NCBI GenBank assembly: GCA_965544035.1
Contig: CBEULR010000006.1
Span: 60,440-124,439, forward strand
Reading direction: 5' to 3'
Source: an uncultured Peptococcaceae bacterium
GTDB lineage: Bacteria; Bacillota; Desulfotomaculia; Desulfotomaculales; Desulforudaceae
DNA: 64,000 nt
Below are positions 20,242-31,701 of the stretch, piece by piece. The notes beneath the pieces were generated by a model. That model saw only the letters and a list, made by a program, of their open reading frames with translations. It did not search any database and was not told where the DNA came from. A program made the translations under genes and the position numbers. Every line of letters starts with the position of its first letter. Position 1 is the first letter of the stretch.

Positions 20242-20844
20242 CTAATTAAGCCCCTCACCTAGTTCAAACCGCACAAACCGACGCACCACAATGTTCTCTC
20301 CAAGCTTCGCGATCGCTTCCCGAATCACGTCCTGCACGCTTACATCAGGATTCTTGATGAAAGGCTGTTCCACCAGGCAGTTTTCCTTGTAGAACTTCTC
20401 GATTCGTCCTTCAACCATCTTGTCCACGATTTTCTCAGGCTTGCCCTCGTTCAGAGCCTGTGCACGCAGGATACTCTTTTCCTTATCGATTACCTCCGCC
20501 GGGACCTCCTCCCGGGAAACGTAACTCGGTCTGGACGCCGCCACCTGCATTGCCAAATCCCGCACAAAGGACCGGAACTCATCGGTCTTGGCGACAAAAT
20601 CGGTCTCGCAGTTGACCTCGATCAAAACCCCGATCTTGCCCACGCCGTGAATATAGCTCTCAACCAGCCCCTCGGAGGCTGTTCGGCCCGCCTTCTTAGC
20701 TGCGGCGGCAAGGCCCTTTTCGCGGAGATGGTCGATCGCCTTCTCGAGGTCGCCGCCGGTTTCAACCAGCGCCTTCTTGCAATCCATCATTCCCGCCCCG
20801 GTTCTCTCCCGAAGCTCTTTCACTGCTTTGGCTGATACATCCAT
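20242..20844 (-). CDS. tsf: translation elongation factor Ts (short form)
   Basis: [26 protein letters not shown] from ATG 20844. The ORF-track start 20898 is an extension. Confidence 0.9.
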   Translation of the reverse strand: MDVSAKAVKELRERTGAGMMDCKKALVETGGDLEKAIDHLREKGLAAAAKKAGRTASEGLVESYIHGVGKIGVLIEVNCETDFVAKTDEFRSFVRDLAMQVAASRPSYVSREEVPAEVIDKEKSILRAQALNEGKPEKIVDKMVEGRIEKFYKENCLVEQPFIKNPDVSVQDVIREAIAKLGENIVVRRFVRFELGEGLN

Positions 20845-20963
20845 AGATAACTCGCACCTCGCTAATAGGCAAAATTTTCCGCTAGAAAAACCTAGCATAA
20901 TTATATCCGAAAAGACCTATGCCTAACCCGGGCATCTTTAGAAAAAGGGCAGGGGCGTTGCCC

Positions 20964-21674
20964 CTACCCTTCCTCGCCGACAGCCAGCTGTTCGCCTTGT
21001 CTTCCTTCCAGCACGGCGTCGGCCATTCTGGACGTTAACAGGCGTACAGCCCGAATCGCATCATCATTGCCGGGAATCACGTAGTCAATTTCATCGGGGT
21101 CGCAGTTGGTATCGACGATCGCTACGATCGGGATCCCCAGCTTGCGCCCTTCGGCCACAGCGATCCGCTCTTTGCGGGGATCTATAACAAACATCGCCGC
21201 CGGCAGATCCTGCATATCCTTAATCCCTTTTAAGTACTTCTCCAACCGGCCTTTCTCGTGGAGCAACACCGCAACTTCCTTTTTCGGAAGGAGATCGAAT
21301 TTCCCGCTCTCCTCCATTTGCTCCAGCTCCTTCAGCCGCTGAATGCGCTTACGAATGGTTTGGAAGTTGGTCAGCATTCCTCCCAGCCAGCGCTGGTTCA
21401 CGTAAAACATGCCGCACCGTTCGGCCTCTTCCATCACCGCCTGCTGCGCCTGCTTCTTGGTTCCGACAAACAGGATCGACTTACCTTCAGCAGACAGCTC
21501 TTTCACAAAGTTGTAAGCTTCCTCAATTTTACGGACGGTCTTCTGCAGGTCGATGATATAGATGCCGTTGCGGTCCGTAAAAATATAAGGGGCCATCTTC
21601 GGATTCCACCGACGCGTCTGGTGGCCGAAATGAACCCCGGCTTCAAGCAACTGCTTCATGGATACTATCGCCAC
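20964..21674 (-). CDS. rpsB: 30S ribosomal protein S2
   Basis: GTG start, (M)[34 protein letters not shown] lies 7 nt upstream. Confidence 0.95.
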   Translation of the reverse strand: MAIVSMKQLLEAGVHFGHQTRRWNPKMAPYIFTDRNGIYIIDLQKTVRKIEEAYNFVKELSAEGKSILFVGTKKQAQQAVMEEAERCGMFYVNQRWLGGMLTNFQTIRKRIQRLKELEQMEESGKFDLLPKKEVAVLLHEKGRLEKYLKGIKDMQDLPAAMFVIDPRKERIAVAEGRKLGIPIVAIVDTNCDPDEIDYVIPGNDDAIRAVRLLTSRMADAVLEGRQGEQLAVGEEG

Positions 21675-21788
21675 TATTACACCTCCTCCCGCCGTGGTTT
21701 TCAGCCTCCGCCGCCCTCATTTCCCGACCGGACCTGAAAAGGCACCCCGTGCGGGATCAGCCGGCGTGTGTATTTTACACCAGCAAAC

Positions 21789-21818
21789 ATTATAGCACGT
21801 AAAGGCAATACCAGGCAA
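21789..21818 (-). promoter_or_regulatory. candidate sigma-A promoter of rpsB-tsf
   Basis: Minus strand: TTGCCT (21818-21813), 18-nt spacer, TATAAT (21794-21789), about 110 nt upstream of rpsB. Confidence 0.45.
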
Positions 21819-21858
21819 GCACCATAAGCTTAATTAATACCCCCTGCATCCCGGATCA

Positions 21859-22005
21859 TTATCTCTTAATCCGGTCAAGCTTTTCCTCAATCCGCTCCAA
21901 ACGGTCGCTGATCCGCTTCAGATAAAGGAATAACAAATACAGGATCAGGATCGGCACTCCATAAAACAAGAGGAGCATCATAAGTTCCGGGATCCCAATA
22001 TGCAT
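21859..22005 (-). CDS. small membrane protein, 48 aa (hypothetical)
   Basis: Below the ORF-track cut-off. MHIGIPELMMLLLFYGVPILILYLLFLYLKRISDRLERIEEKLDRIKR: one TM segment plus a charged helix. GGAGGG lies 7 nt upstream. Confidence 0.4.
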   Translation of the reverse strand: MHIGIPELMMLLLFYGVPILILYLLFLYLKRISDRLERIEEKLDRIKR

Positions 22006-22025
22006 ATGATCACCCTCCGATTATA

Positions 22026-22056
22026 CCAAAATGGAAACGTCCCCGCACGGGGACGT
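22026..22056 (-). terminator. intrinsic terminator after codY
   Basis: ACGTCCCC-GCAC-GGGGACGT hairpin (22037-22056), followed on the minus strand by TTCCATTTTGG. Confidence 0.6.
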
Positions 22057-22085
22057 ACAGTCTGATATAGGGGGTTCTACAAGAA

Positions 22086-22868
22086 TCAAACCTGCTTCAG
22101 TTTTTGAAGCTCACCGATAAGCCGATCATTCAATACCCGGATATAGGTGCCCTTCATTCCGAGCGACTTGGATTCGATCACGCCGGCGCTTTCAAACTTG
22201 CGCAGGGCGTTTACGATGACGGAGCGGGTAATACCGACACGATCGGCGATCTTACTGGCTACCAGCAGCCCTTCTTCCCCGTCAAGCTGTTCGAAAATAT
22301 GCCGCACCGCGTCCAATTCCGAGTAAGACAGCGTCCCCAGGGCGATCTGCACAGCCGCCCGCTTGCGGGCGTCCTCCTCCATTTTATCGACCTGATTGCG
22401 CAGGATCTCCATCCCGACCACAGTCGCCCCATACTCAGCCAAGACCAAATCGTCATCGTTAAACTCCTGGTCGAACTTGGCCACCACCAATGTACCCAAA
22501 CGCTTACCGGCACCCACGATCGGGACAACGGTGGTCACCTTGTTCACGTACTGGCAATGCACCTTTTCATTAAAGACACAGGAGTTATCCGTCTGACAAA
22601 AGTTGGCGTACGTCAGCGGAATGCCAAGAAGCCATTCGTTGTACTCCTTAGGAAATCCGGACTGAGTAACAATCTCCTGTACGATTTCACAGCCGAAATC
22701 ATCCATGAAGTCAACGCCCAGAATCTTACCCGAATTATCCACAATGTATGTGTTGGCCTGGATATTGCCACCCAAAACCTGAGCAACCTCACCGAAGTTG
22801 ACCGGATAACCGGCTGATTTCTGCAACAATCGGTTGATCGCCCGGGCCTTCTCCAACAGAGTGCTCAT
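22086..22868 (-). CDS. codY: GTP-sensing pleiotropic transcriptional repressor CodY
   Basis: MSTLLEKARAINRLLQK, GAF domain and C-terminal wHTH ASKIADRVGITRSVIVNALRKFESAGVIES. Confidence 0.95.
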   Translation of the reverse strand: MSTLLEKARAINRLLQKSAGYPVNFGEVAQVLGGNIQANTYIVDNSGKILGVDFMDDFGCEIVQEIVTQSGFPKEYNEWLLGIPLTYANFCQTDNSCVFNEKVHCQYVNKVTTVVPIVGAGKRLGTLVVAKFDQEFNDDDLVLAEYGATVVGMEILRNQVDKMEEDARKRAAVQIALGTLSYSELDAVRHIFEQLDGEEGLLVASKIADRVGITRSVIVNALRKFESAGVIESKSLGMKGTYIRVLNDRLIGELQKLKQV

Positions 22869-22897
22869 CCAATCCCCTCTTTCCACTGCAAAAAAAA

Positions 22898-24298
22898 TTA
22901 CAGGATGTATCGGCTCAGATCTTCCCGCCGTGCAATCTCTGAAAGCTTTTCCTGAACATAATCCTTATCGATTATAATCTCTTTCTCTTTGAGTTCAGGG
23001 GCATCAAAAGAAATGTCCTCCAGCAGTTTTTCAAGGACGGTGTGCAGGCGACGGGCGCCGATGTTCTCCGTTTGTTCATTTACAGTATAAGCGATTCTTG
23101 CTATCTCGACAAGCGAATTTTTTGAAAATTCCAGCTTGACGCCCTCGGTTGCCAGCAACTCCCTGTACTGTCTGATCAGAGCATTTTGCGGTTCAGTGAG
23201 AATCTGGAAAAAGTCTTCCTGGCTTAGATTCTGCAATTCGACCCGGATCGGGAAACGTCCCTGAAGTTCGGGAATCAGATCCGACGGCTTGGCTGTGTGG
23301 AAAGCCCCGGCAGCGATGAACAGCACCCCGTCGGTGCGCACTGGGCCGTACTTGGTGATCACCGTAGAGCCCTCGACAATCGGCAGGATGTCCCGCTGCA
23401 CCCCTCCGCGAGAAACATCCGGTCCATGCCCGTCGCTGCGGCCAGCGATCTTGTCCAGCTCATCCAAAAAGATTATACCCTGTTCTTCGGCCCGTTTGAT
23501 CGCAGCCGACTTCACCTCGTCCATATCGATCAGCTTCTGTGCTTCCTGGTGAGTGAGAATCTTCCGTGCCTCGGCGATTGTGACCTTACGGCGCTTCTTT
23601 TTCTTCGGAAACAGGTGGCCGAGCATATCGCTCATGTTAACGCCCATTTCCTCGACGCCGGCTCCCGAAAAAACCTCGAGCATCGGCGAGCTGCTGTCCT
23701 CAACCTCGATTTCGATATACTCATCCTCAAGCTCGCCCCGGGACAGCTTTTGCCGTAACGATTCCCGCTCAAACTGCACCCGCTTGGCACGCTGCTCTTC
23801 CATTGAAGGATCGGTGGGGGGAGCCTGGCGCGTCATCCCGCCGAACAGCGTCTCCAGCGGATTGCGCCCATACGTCCGCTGATCGGGTAGCGGAGCCAGG
23901 ATCTCGATGATTCTCTCCTCGGCCATGCGTTTGGCCTTCTCCTCAACCTCGGAAAACCTCTCCTGCTGCGTCATCCTGATTGATACTTCCACCAGATCAC
24001 GCACCATTCCCTCCACGTCTCGCCCCACGTATCCGACCTCAGTGAACTTGGTGGCTTCAACCTTAACAAAGGGGGCATTAACCAGTTTGGCCAACCGGCG
24101 GGCAATCTCGGTCTTGCCGACGCCGGTCGAGCCGATCATAAGAATATTCTTCGGTACAACCTCTTCGCGGATGTCCTCCGGCAGCTTCGCCTGCCGGTAG
24201 CGGTTGCGCAGGGCCACCGCCACGGCGCGCTTCGCCTTGTCTTGCCCGATTATGTATTTGTCCAGCTCGGCTACGATTTGTCTGGGCGTTAGTTCCAC
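22898..24298 (-). CDS. hslU: ATP-dependent protease ATPase subunit HslU
   Basis: [17 protein letters not shown] and Walker [16 protein letters not shown]; 466 aa. Confidence 0.95.
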   Translation of the reverse strand: MELTPRQIVAELDKYIIGQDKAKRAVAVALRNRYRQAKLPEDIREEVVPKNILMIGSTGVGKTEIARRLAKLVNAPFVKVEATKFTEVGYVGRDVEGMVRDLVEVSIRMTQQERFSEVEEKAKRMAEERIIEILAPLPDQRTYGRNPLETLFGGMTRQAPPTDPSMEEQRAKRVQFERESLRQKLSRGELEDEYIEIEVEDSSSPMLEVFSGAGVEEMGVNMSDMLGHLFPKKKKRRKVTIAEARKILTHQEAQKLIDMDEVKSAAIKRAEEQGIIFLDELDKIAGRSDGHGPDVSRGGVQRDILPIVEGSTVITKYGPVRTDGVLFIAAGAFHTAKPSDLIPELQGRFPIRVELQNLSQEDFFQILTEPQNALIRQYRELLATEGVKLEFSKNSLVEIARIAYTVNEQTENIGARRLHTVLEKLLEDISFDAPELKEKEIIIDKDYVQEKLSEIARREDLSRYIL

Positions 24299-24313
24299 GT
24301 CCGGTACCTCCCG

Positions 24314-24844
24314 CTATATTTCTTCAAGCGTTATGCAGTTATTTGTAAACACGCAGATTTCAGAGGCGATTTCCAAAGCCTTGCGCGCGATCTCTCCGGC
24401 GGACAGGTCGCCATATCTCGCCAGCGCCCGCGCTGCCGCCAGCGCATAGGGGCCGCCGGAGCCGATGGCCATGATCCCGTCATCGGGCTCAATCACGTCG
24501 CCGCTTCCCGAAATCAGAAGCAGTGTCTGGGCATCGGCCACCACCAGGAGCGCTTCCAAACGCCGCAGTACCTTATCGGTACGCCAGTCTTTGGCCAGCT
24601 GCACCGCTGCCCGGGGCAGATTTCCGTGTGTTTCTTCCAGTTTGCCCTCAAAGCGCTCGAACAAGGCGAAGGCATCGGCCACACCGCCGGCAAACCCGGC
24701 AAGCACCCGGTCTTTAAACAGACGCCGGATCTTAACCGCATTCTGTTTTACAATCGTCTGCGAAGCCAGGCTGACCTGGCCGTCACCGGCCATCGCCGTC
24801 TTACCGTCTTTTTTCACCGCAACAATAGTTGTACCGGTAAACAA
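24314..24844 (-). CDS. hslV: ATP-dependent protease subunit HslV
   Basis: [14 protein letters not shown] (N-terminal Thr nucleophile); 176 aa. Confidence 0.95.
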   Translation of the reverse strand: MFTGTTIVAVKKDGKTAMAGDGQVSLASQTIVKQNAVKIRRLFKDRVLAGFAGGVADAFALFERFEGKLEETHGNLPRAAVQLAKDWRTDKVLRRLEALLVVADAQTLLLISGSGDVIEPDDGIMAIGSGGPYALAAARALARYGDLSAGEIARKALEIASEICVFTNNCITLEEI

Positions 24845-24878
24845 AGAACCAGTCCTTTCCGATTATTCCTTCATTTCA

Positions 24879-25796
24879 TTATTCCCCGTCACGCGCCCGG
24901 GGGTGCGTGACGGCATATACTTCCTGAAGCCGGTCGGTGGTCACCCGGGTATAGATCTGTGTGGTGGAAAGGCGTGAATGGCCCAGTAGCTCCTGCACCA
25001 CACGCAGGCTCGCCCCGGCCTCCAGCATGTGCGTGGCAAAACAGTGACGCAGGGTGTGCGGGGTTACCCGCTGTTCCTTCGCTACCTGATTGACGTATCC
25101 CGCAAACCGTTTTCGCGCCCCGCGATCGGTGAGCCTGCGACCCCGTTGATTCAGAAACAGCGCGCGCTGGTCCGCACCAACATGATCCGCCAGCACGGGA
25201 CGGCCATCCTGCAGATATCGCTTCAACGCGGCCAGCGCAAAACTTCCCACCAGGGCCAGCCTCTCCCGACCGCCCTTGCCCATGACCCGAATGAAACCCG
25301 CCTCGGGATCGACATCATCCAGGTCCAGCCCTACAGCTTCCGAAATCCGGATCCCGGCGGCATACAACAGCTCCATCAGTGCCCGGTCCCTCAATCCGGC
25401 CGGGTCACTGCCGGGGGCCTTCAGGAGCAGTTCCACGTCCTCCGGGTAGACCACCACAGGAATGTTTTTCGGACACTTTGGTGCAACAACGCGGTCAAGC
25501 GGATTCGTCTGCAGCACTTCCTCCCGCGCCAAGTACCTGAAAAACGAGCGCCAGGCCGCGAGGCGGCGGGAGATGCTTGTCCGGGCCATGCCTTTACGGC
25601 CAAGGTGTGCCAGGTAACGGCGGAACAGGATGTGGTCGAGATCGCCGGGCAAAACCTTCTCGTCCGGCTTATTCAGGCGGCCGGCAAAGAAGTCAAGCCC
25701 GTGAAAAAGGTCGGCTTGATAGGCCTTTACGGTGCGTGGCGATGCGTTTCGCTCCACGCGGAGGTAATCCAAGAACCCGTCGATCAAATGATACAC
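24879..25796 (-). CDS. xerC: tyrosine recombinase XerC (CodV-type)
   Basis: [37 protein letters not shown] catalytic region. Housekeeping context trmFO-xerC-hslVU-codY. Confidence 0.9.
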   Translation of the reverse strand: MYHLIDGFLDYLRVERNASPRTVKAYQADLFHGLDFFAGRLNKPDEKVLPGDLDHILFRRYLAHLGRKGMARTSISRRLAAWRSFFRYLAREEVLQTNPLDRVVAPKCPKNIPVVVYPEDVELLLKAPGSDPAGLRDRALMELLYAAGIRISEAVGLDLDDVDPEAGFIRVMGKGGRERLALVGSFALAALKRYLQDGRPVLADHVGADQRALFLNQRGRRLTDRGARKRFAGYVNQVAKEQRVTPHTLRHCFATHMLEAGASLRVVQELLGHSRLSTTQIYTRVTTDRLQEVYAVTHPRARDGE

Positions 25797-27112
25797 TTTT
25801 GTTCCCGCACCTCATCCATCCATTCGGCCAGCCTTTCCAAAGCACGCCGCGAATAGGCAAGATACCGCTCCTTCTTACTTTTGATGCGCTCCGGGAGTGC
25901 CGGAAACAGACCGAAGGTCACGTTCATCGGCTGAAAACGCTTGGAGTCGGCAGTCACAATATAGTTGATCAGCGCTCCGTGCGCCGTCTCCGGGGGCAGA
26001 ACCACCGGATCCTTCCCAAGTGCACGGCGGGCGGCGTTTATTCCCGCCAGCAGACCGGCCGCCGCCGACTCCACGTATCCTTCCACACCCGACATCTGCC
26101 CCGCGAAGAACAGCCCTGGGCACTTACGGCACTCCAGGGTGGGATCAAGCAGTGCGGGTGCGTTGATGAAAGTGTTGCGGTGCATCACTCCGTACCGCAC
26201 GAATTCCGCGTTTTCCAGCGCGGGAATCAACCGAAACACCCGCTTTTGTTCGCCCCATTTGAGATGAGTCTGGAATCCGACCATATTGAGAAGCGTACCC
26301 TCGCGATTGTCCTGACGCAGTTGAACAACGGCATACGGCCGCTCTCCAGTCCGGGGATCGTTCAATCCCACCGGCTTCAACGGGCCGTACAACAGAGTCT
26401 CCCGGCCCCTGGAGGCCAGAACTTCCACCGGCATACAGCCTTCGAAATATACTTCTTTTTCGAAATCGTGCAGCGCCGCCCGTTCGGCCGAAACGAGCGC
26501 TTCCCAAAACCGGTCATACTCCTCGCGGGACATCGGGCAATTAAGGTAGGCCGGCTCACCCTTGTCATAGCGGGAAAGCCAGTAGGCCTTGTCAAGGTTT
26601 ATCGACTCCAGGGTAACAATGGGTGCTACGGCATCATAAAAATACAGATACTCGCTCCCGGTGAGCCGCTGTATCGCCTGCGCCATATCATCAGAGGTCA
26701 GGGGACCGGTTGCCAACACTACCGGCCGTTCCTCGGGGATTTCTTTCACTTCCTCCCGCATTACGGTAATCAGCGGATGTCGACCGATCATCTCGGTAAT
26801 CATCCCGGAAAAGCGTTCCCGGTCGACGGCCAGCGCGCCGCCGGCGGGCACCCGGTTATTGTCGGCGGCGTGCATCACCAGCGACCCGAGCCGCCGCATT
26901 TCTTCCTTAAGCAGTCCGACCGCATTGGTCAAGGCATCGGCACGCAGGGAATTGGAGCACACCAATTCGGCAAACAGCCCGGTGGAATGCGCGGGCGTCA
27001 GCCTGGCGGGCCGCATTTCGTACAGTCGGACGGGAACACCGCGCGAGGCAATCTGCCACGCCGCCTCGGAACCGGCCAAACCCGCCCCGACTACAATCAC
27101 TTGGGTTGACAT
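25784..27112 (-). CDS. trmFO: methylenetetrahydrofolate--tRNA-(uracil-5-)-methyltransferase TrmFO (Gid)
   Basis: [21 protein letters not shown] motif; 442 aa; sits between topA and xerC as in Bacillus. Confidence 0.9.
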   Translation of the reverse strand: MSTQVIVVGAGLAGSEAAWQIASRGVPVRLYEMRPARLTPAHSTGLFAELVCSNSLRADALTNAVGLLKEEMRRLGSLVMHAADNNRVPAGGALAVDRERFSGMITEMIGRHPLITVMREEVKEIPEERPVVLATGPLTSDDMAQAIQRLTGSEYLYFYDAVAPIVTLESINLDKAYWLSRYDKGEPAYLNCPMSREEYDRFWEALVSAERAALHDFEKEVYFEGCMPVEVLASRGRETLLYGPLKPVGLNDPRTGERPYAVVQLRQDNREGTLLNMVGFQTHLKWGEQKRVFRLIPALENAEFVRYGVMHRNTFINAPALLDPTLECRKCPGLFFAGQMSGVEGYVESAAAGLLAGINAARRALGKDPVVLPPETAHGALINYIVTADSKRFQPMNVTFGLFPALPERIKSKKERYLAYSRRALERLAEWMDEVREQKCII

Positions 27113-27115
27113 ATG

Positions 27116-29200
27116 TTATTCTCCGATAGCCTTCCGTTCCTTATATTCACAGTCCGGATTCGGACAGTAAACGGTCTTGGATTTCCTTGCGGTCTTTTCC
27201 ACCAGGAAGGTGCCGCAGCGCGGGCATTCCCCGTCAATGGGAGGATCCCAGGACACAAAATCGCACTTCGGATAGCCGTCACATCCGAAAAAGACTCTGC
27301 CTTTACGAGTCCTGCGGACAACTATCCGTCCACCGCACTTCGGACACTCATGTCCGGTCTCTTCGAGAATGGGACGGGCATTGCGGCATTCGGGAAAACC
27401 GGGACACGCCAGGAACTTGCCGTATCGACCCATCTTGATTACCATATTCCGCCCGCATTGTTCGCAGATCTCATCGGTCACTTCGTCTTCCAGCTTCAGA
27501 CGACCAATCTCTTCCTCGGCACGCTGCACTTCCTTCCGAAAAGGTCCGTAAAACTCTTCCAGCACCGCCACCCAGTCCACAGTACCCTCTTCCACCTGAT
27601 CCAGCTTTTGTTCCATCTCGGCGGTGAACTCAACATTGATCACGTCCGGGAAAAACTCTTTGAGAAGATCAATGACCACCATACCCAGCTCGGTGGGATG
27701 AAGGTACTTCCCTCGGCGCACAACGTAACCGCGGCGCTGGATGGTATCAACCACAGGAGCATACGTGCTCGGCCGGCCTATGCCGAGTTCCTCCAGAGTG
27801 CGTACCAGCGTGGCCTCGGTAAATCGCGGCGGCGGCTGGGTAAAGTGCTGTTTCGGCTGGCGGCGCAGCGCCTTTAGCACTTCTTCCCGTTCCAGATCGG
27901 GAAGGCGGTTTTCCTCTTCTTTGTCCTCCTCGCGGTCATCCAGGTAGACTTTGAGGAATCCCGGGAAACGCAGCACCGAGCCGGTGGCGCGAAAGAGGTA
28001 ATCACCGGCGGCGATATCAACCCTGGTCTGGTCGAAAACGGCTGCAGCCATCTGACTGGCCACAAAACGCGACCAGATCAGTTCATAGAGCTTATACTGT
28101 TCGTCATTCAGGTAACGCCTCACCGATTGTGGGGTACGGAAAACCGAAGTCGGACGGATCGCTTCATGCGCATCCTGAACCTTGCCTTTGGCCGTGTAAA
28201 CACGCTTCTGCCTCGGCAGGAAGGCGTCCCCGAAAGTCTCCTGCACGTACCTGCGGGCCTCATCTTGCGCGATAGGGCTGACACGGGTAGAGTCGGTACG
28301 GATATAGGTCACCAATCCGGCGGTGCCTTCCTTCCCCAGATCAAGGCCCTCATACAATTGCTGCGCGATGCGCATCGTCCGGCGCGTGGTGAAATTCAGC
28401 TTGCGGGAGGCATCCTGCTGAAGGGTGCTGGTGGTGAACGGGGGAAGCGGGTTCTTGGTCTTTTCCCGGCGCAGGATGTCCACAACCCGATACTCGGCTC
28501 TGCCCAGCTCCGCGATGATTGCTTTCATTTCATCTTCAGTCTTGACGGTAAGCTTTTCGGCACCCTTCTTGATGAGTTTGGCCTGAAACTTCTCCTTCCG
28601 TGCGTTGGCCAGCGTCACCGTCAGCGACCAGTATTCTTCCGGCTCAAACGCCAAGATTTCCTTTTCCCGCTCGCAGATTATGTGCACGGCCACCGACTGC
28701 ACGCGTCCGGCCGATAATCCCTTGCGTACCTTCCTCCAGAGCAGCGGACTCAGGTTGTACCCGACCAGCCGATCCAGAACGCGCCGGGCTTGCTGCGCGT
28801 TCACCCGGTCCAGATCTATCCGCCGCGGATTCTTGACCGCATTCACCACCGCCTGTTTGGTGATCTCGTTAAACTCAATCCGGTTGGGCTGATTGTCGTC
28901 AAGCTTTAAGAGGTGCTGAAGATGCCAGGCGATCGCTTCGCCCTCCCGGTCGGGGTCGGATGCTAGTAGAATGCGGTCAGCCTTCTTGGAAGCCGCGCGC
29001 AATTCCTGAATCGCCTCTCCCTTACCCCTGATCGTGATATACTTGGGAGCGAAGCCTTCCTCCACATTTACCCCGAACTGGCTCTTCGGCAGATCACGCA
29101 CGTGACCCATCGATGCCCGCACTTCATACTTTCGGCCCAGCAGCTTGCTGAGCGTCCGAGCCTTCGCCGGAGATTCCACAATAACCAATGTCTTTGACAA
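27116..29200 (-). CDS. topA: DNA topoisomerase I
   Basis: LVIVESPAKARTL Toprim N-terminus and C-terminal zinc ribbons (CEQCGRNM, CPKCGGR, CPRCGTF). Confidence 0.95.
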   Translation of the reverse strand: MSKTLVIVESPAKARTLSKLLGRKYEVRASMGHVRDLPKSQFGVNVEEGFAPKYITIRGKGEAIQELRAASKKADRILLASDPDREGEAIAWHLQHLLKLDDNQPNRIEFNEITKQAVVNAVKNPRRIDLDRVNAQQARRVLDRLVGYNLSPLLWRKVRKGLSAGRVQSVAVHIICEREKEILAFEPEEYWSLTVTLANARKEKFQAKLIKKGAEKLTVKTEDEMKAIIAELGRAEYRVVDILRREKTKNPLPPFTTSTLQQDASRKLNFTTRRTMRIAQQLYEGLDLGKEGTAGLVTYIRTDSTRVSPIAQDEARRYVQETFGDAFLPRQKRVYTAKGKVQDAHEAIRPTSVFRTPQSVRRYLNDEQYKLYELIWSRFVASQMAAAVFDQTRVDIAAGDYLFRATGSVLRFPGFLKVYLDDREEDKEEENRLPDLEREEVLKALRRQPKQHFTQPPPRFTEATLVRTLEELGIGRPSTYAPVVDTIQRRGYVVRRGKYLHPTELGMVVIDLLKEFFPDVINVEFTAEMEQKLDQVEEGTVDWVAVLEEFYGPFRKEVQRAEEEIGRLKLEDEVTDEICEQCGRNMVIKMGRYGKFLACPGFPECRNARPILEETGHECPKCGGRIVVRRTRKGRVFFGCDGYPKCDFVSWDPPIDGECPRCGTFLVEKTARKSKTVYCPNPDCEYKERKAIGE

Positions 29201-29215
29201 TTAGCACACCTCGGA

Positions 29216-30307
29216 TCAATTTTGAACTTTAATATAACGGCCTCCGGGCACCCGTCGAACAAGCCCCTTCACCTCAAGAAACGTCAACACCGAAGCCACC
29301 CTTTCCGAAGGCAGTCCGGCTTCCTGGATAATCAGATCCAAGGCCAGAGGTTCCGCCTCAATGAGTTTTAGCACACGTTCCTCATCCGGGTCAAGCTTCA
29401 CGCCCGGTCCGCGGCCGCCCTCGTCCGGTTCGAAAAGTCTGGTAATTCCGATTTCCTCAAGGATATCACCGCCATTCTCTACCAGGCAGGCGCCCTGTTT
29501 GATCAACCGGTTGGGACCGCGGCTCACCGGGCTCGTCACGTTTCCCGGCACGGCCATCACATCCCGTCCCTGTTCCAGTGCCAATTCTGCGGTAATCAAA
29601 GCCCCGCTCCGTTCAGCGGCCTCAATCACCACCGTCCCCCGGGAGAGCCCGCTGATAATCCGGTTCCGCACCGGAAAATGCCAGGGTTCGGGCATCGAAC
29701 CCAGGGGAAACTCGCTGATGACCGCCCCGTTCGCCGCGATTTTATACATCAGTTTAGTATTCTCCTGCGGATAAACAACATCTAAACCTGAGCCCAACAC
29801 GGCGAGCGTTCTTCCTCCCCCATCCAGTGCTCCCCGATGGGCTGCGGTATCGATACCCCTGGCCATACCGCTGACCACCGTCACACCGGCTTCCGCCAAC
29901 TCCTTTCCCAGCCTGTGCGCCATGTCACGCCCGTAATAGGTCGCCCTGCGGGACCCCACCAGGGCTACCGCGGGATCATCATCCTTCCGGATCTCACCCA
30001 GATAGTAGAGTACGGCCGGCGGATTAAAAATATGCCGCAGATATTCCGGATACCTCTCATCGGCCCATGTAAGGAATTCCACACCCGCCTGCTTCAACAG
30101 CTCGGCCTCTTGCACCGGATCGGTCGCTCTAAGCCGTTCCCTCACTGCGTCCAAGGACTTGCGTCCTTCCCCGGGCAGCAGTGCAATGGCCTGCTCACCG
30201 GCATTCCACGCTGCCAGTGCCGTCCCATATCTCATGACAAGGTTGATGATGTGTTGTCCTCCCGCGGGCAAGACCCTGGCCCACGCCAGCCAGCACAGGC
30301 GTTCCAA
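29216..30307 (-). CDS. dprA: DNA-processing protein DprA
   Basis: Rossmann core GMARGIDTAAHRGAL and C-terminal wHTH. The exact start is uncertain. Confidence 0.85.
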   Translation of the reverse strand: MERLCWLAWARVLPAGGQHIINLVMRYGTALAAWNAGEQAIALLPGEGRKSLDAVRERLRATDPVQEAELLKQAGVEFLTWADERYPEYLRHIFNPPAVLYYLGEIRKDDDPAVALVGSRRATYYGRDMAHRLGKELAEAGVTVVSGMARGIDTAAHRGALDGGGRTLAVLGSGLDVVYPQENTKLMYKIAANGAVISEFPLGSMPEPWHFPVRNRIISGLSRGTVVIEAAERSGALITAELALEQGRDVMAVPGNVTSPVSRGPNRLIKQGACLVENGGDILEEIGITRLFEPDEGGRGPGVKLDPDEERVLKLIEAEPLALDLIIQEAGLPSERVASVLTFLEVKGLVRRVPGGRYIKVQN

Positions 30308-30399
30308 GCCTCCCGGCCCCCTTCTCTGATTCTTGCCAAAATTTTCTGGTCGATTGACCCATTTTTCTTCGGGGCGGGACCGGATATTTCCTGCCGTGC

Positions 30400-31314
30400 C
30401 TATTTATTTTTCCATATTGCGGCCGCCTTCAACAATTCGTCCAGCGCATACCGCCGTTCGAACAGCCCGTGAAAAGCGTCCCCCTGAGTCCTTAGGATGG
30501 ACGGAACGGTGGTGATGTTGAAATCCCCCGGTTCCCATCCCGGCTGTTCCAAGCTTCCCCATTCAAGAGGCATCGACACCGGAGCCCCCGGACGGGGCCG
30601 AACACTGTAAACCGAGGTCATTGTCCGGCCGAACCCGTTCTGCAAAAAGTCGATATACACCTTCCCCGTCCGCTTGGCCACCACTCTTTCGGTCGTAGCA
30701 AAAGGACAGACGCTGGTAATCATCAGGGCCAGGGTTTCGATCGCGGTACTCACCTCGGAAAAGGTATAGCGGGGCTCCAATGGAATGTAGATGTGGATAC
30801 CGGTAGCACCGGAGGTTTTCGGTCGGCCGTCGATACCGTGCTCCCGAAGCGCTTCCCGCACCAGGAGTGCGACCGAGATCACCTGTTCAAAAGAAGCGCC
30901 TTCGGCCGGGTCGAGGTCGACCACCGCAATGTCCGGGAAATGCAGACGGTCCACCCTGGAAAGCCAGGTATGCAGCTCAATCGCCGCCTGATTGGCCAGC
31001 CAGATCAGGGTGGCCCGATCCCGGTGCACAATATAGTTTACAGTCTTGCGGCCTTCACTATGCTCGACGGCAACCGTGCGGATCCAGTCGGGGGCGTATT
31101 CCGGGCAGTCCTTCTGATAAAACGATTCCCCCTCGATACCGTGCGGGTATCGGCTCATCACGGCCGGTCTGTCCACGACATAAGGCAGAATATAAGGAGC
31201 CGCCTCATTATAATAGGCGATCAGGTCGGCCTTCGTGAAACCTTCCGGCCACAGCAGCTTATCAAGATTGGTCAGTTTGACCTCCAAGCCGTCAACCATC
31301 ACTGTTTGCGACAT
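30400..31314 (-). CDS. NHEJ primase-polymerase (stand-alone LigD polymerase domain)
   Basis: VVDLDP and SGATGIHIYIPL catalytic motifs of the LigD PolDom family; 304 aa with no ligase module. Confidence 0.85.
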   Translation of the reverse strand: MSQTVMVDGLEVKLTNLDKLLWPEGFTKADLIAYYNEAAPYILPYVVDRPAVMSRYPHGIEGESFYQKDCPEYAPDWIRTVAVEHSEGRKTVNYIVHRDRATLIWLANQAAIELHTWLSRVDRLHFPDIAVVDLDPAEGASFEQVISVALLVREALREHGIDGRPKTSGATGIHIYIPLEPRYTFSEVSTAIETLALMITSVCPFATTERVVAKRTGKVYIDFLQNGFGRTMTSVYSVRPRPGAPVSMPLEWGSLEQPGWEPGDFNITTVPSILRTQGDAFHGLFERRYALDELLKAAAIWKNK

Positions 31315-31412
31315 TCATACCACTCCCGCCTCGTTCCGCGGATCTGCGCGGGACTCGTTTGGAGCATAATCTGTACCTGTTACGCGAATCATAACCGTGA
31401 GGTGATGCTTGA

Positions 31413-31646
31413 ATGGCGAAAAAAGACGATATGAAGACTCTGGCCGAACTGGAAATCAAGACCGAACGTCCCAACCCGGCCGAACAAGCCGACAACGCTG
31501 ACCAGGAAGCGATGCTTCGCGCCGCCGGCGAGGTGGGTGAGAGTATCATCCGCAAGGTGGTGCAGGTCGGCGAGGAAGCCATGGATCGTATGGGACTTGA
31601 CCGGGACAACAAGAAATACCGCGGCAAAGAACGCGAGGACATTTAA
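31413..31646 (+). CDS. small acidic hypothetical protein (77 aa)
   Basis: GAGGTGA Shine-Dalgarno sequence 7 nt upstream of the ATG, and a long hairpin downstream. I recognised no family. Confidence 0.45.
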   Translation: MAKKDDMKTLAELEIKTERPNPAEQADNADQEAMLRAAGEVGESIIRKVVQVGEEAMDRMGLDRDNKKYRGKEREDI

Positions 31647-31701
31647 AAACTTTTCGCTGGTATGTATACGAACCCCGTTTTCCGGTCAAAATAGGGACAA
31701 C

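Noticed and set aside
24879-25796. Tyrosine recombinase as the integrase of a mobile element or prophage
   Set aside because: It sits in the conserved housekeeping array trmFO-xerC-hslV-hslU-codY (CodV position in Bacillus). There are no att-like repeats or phage genes around it.
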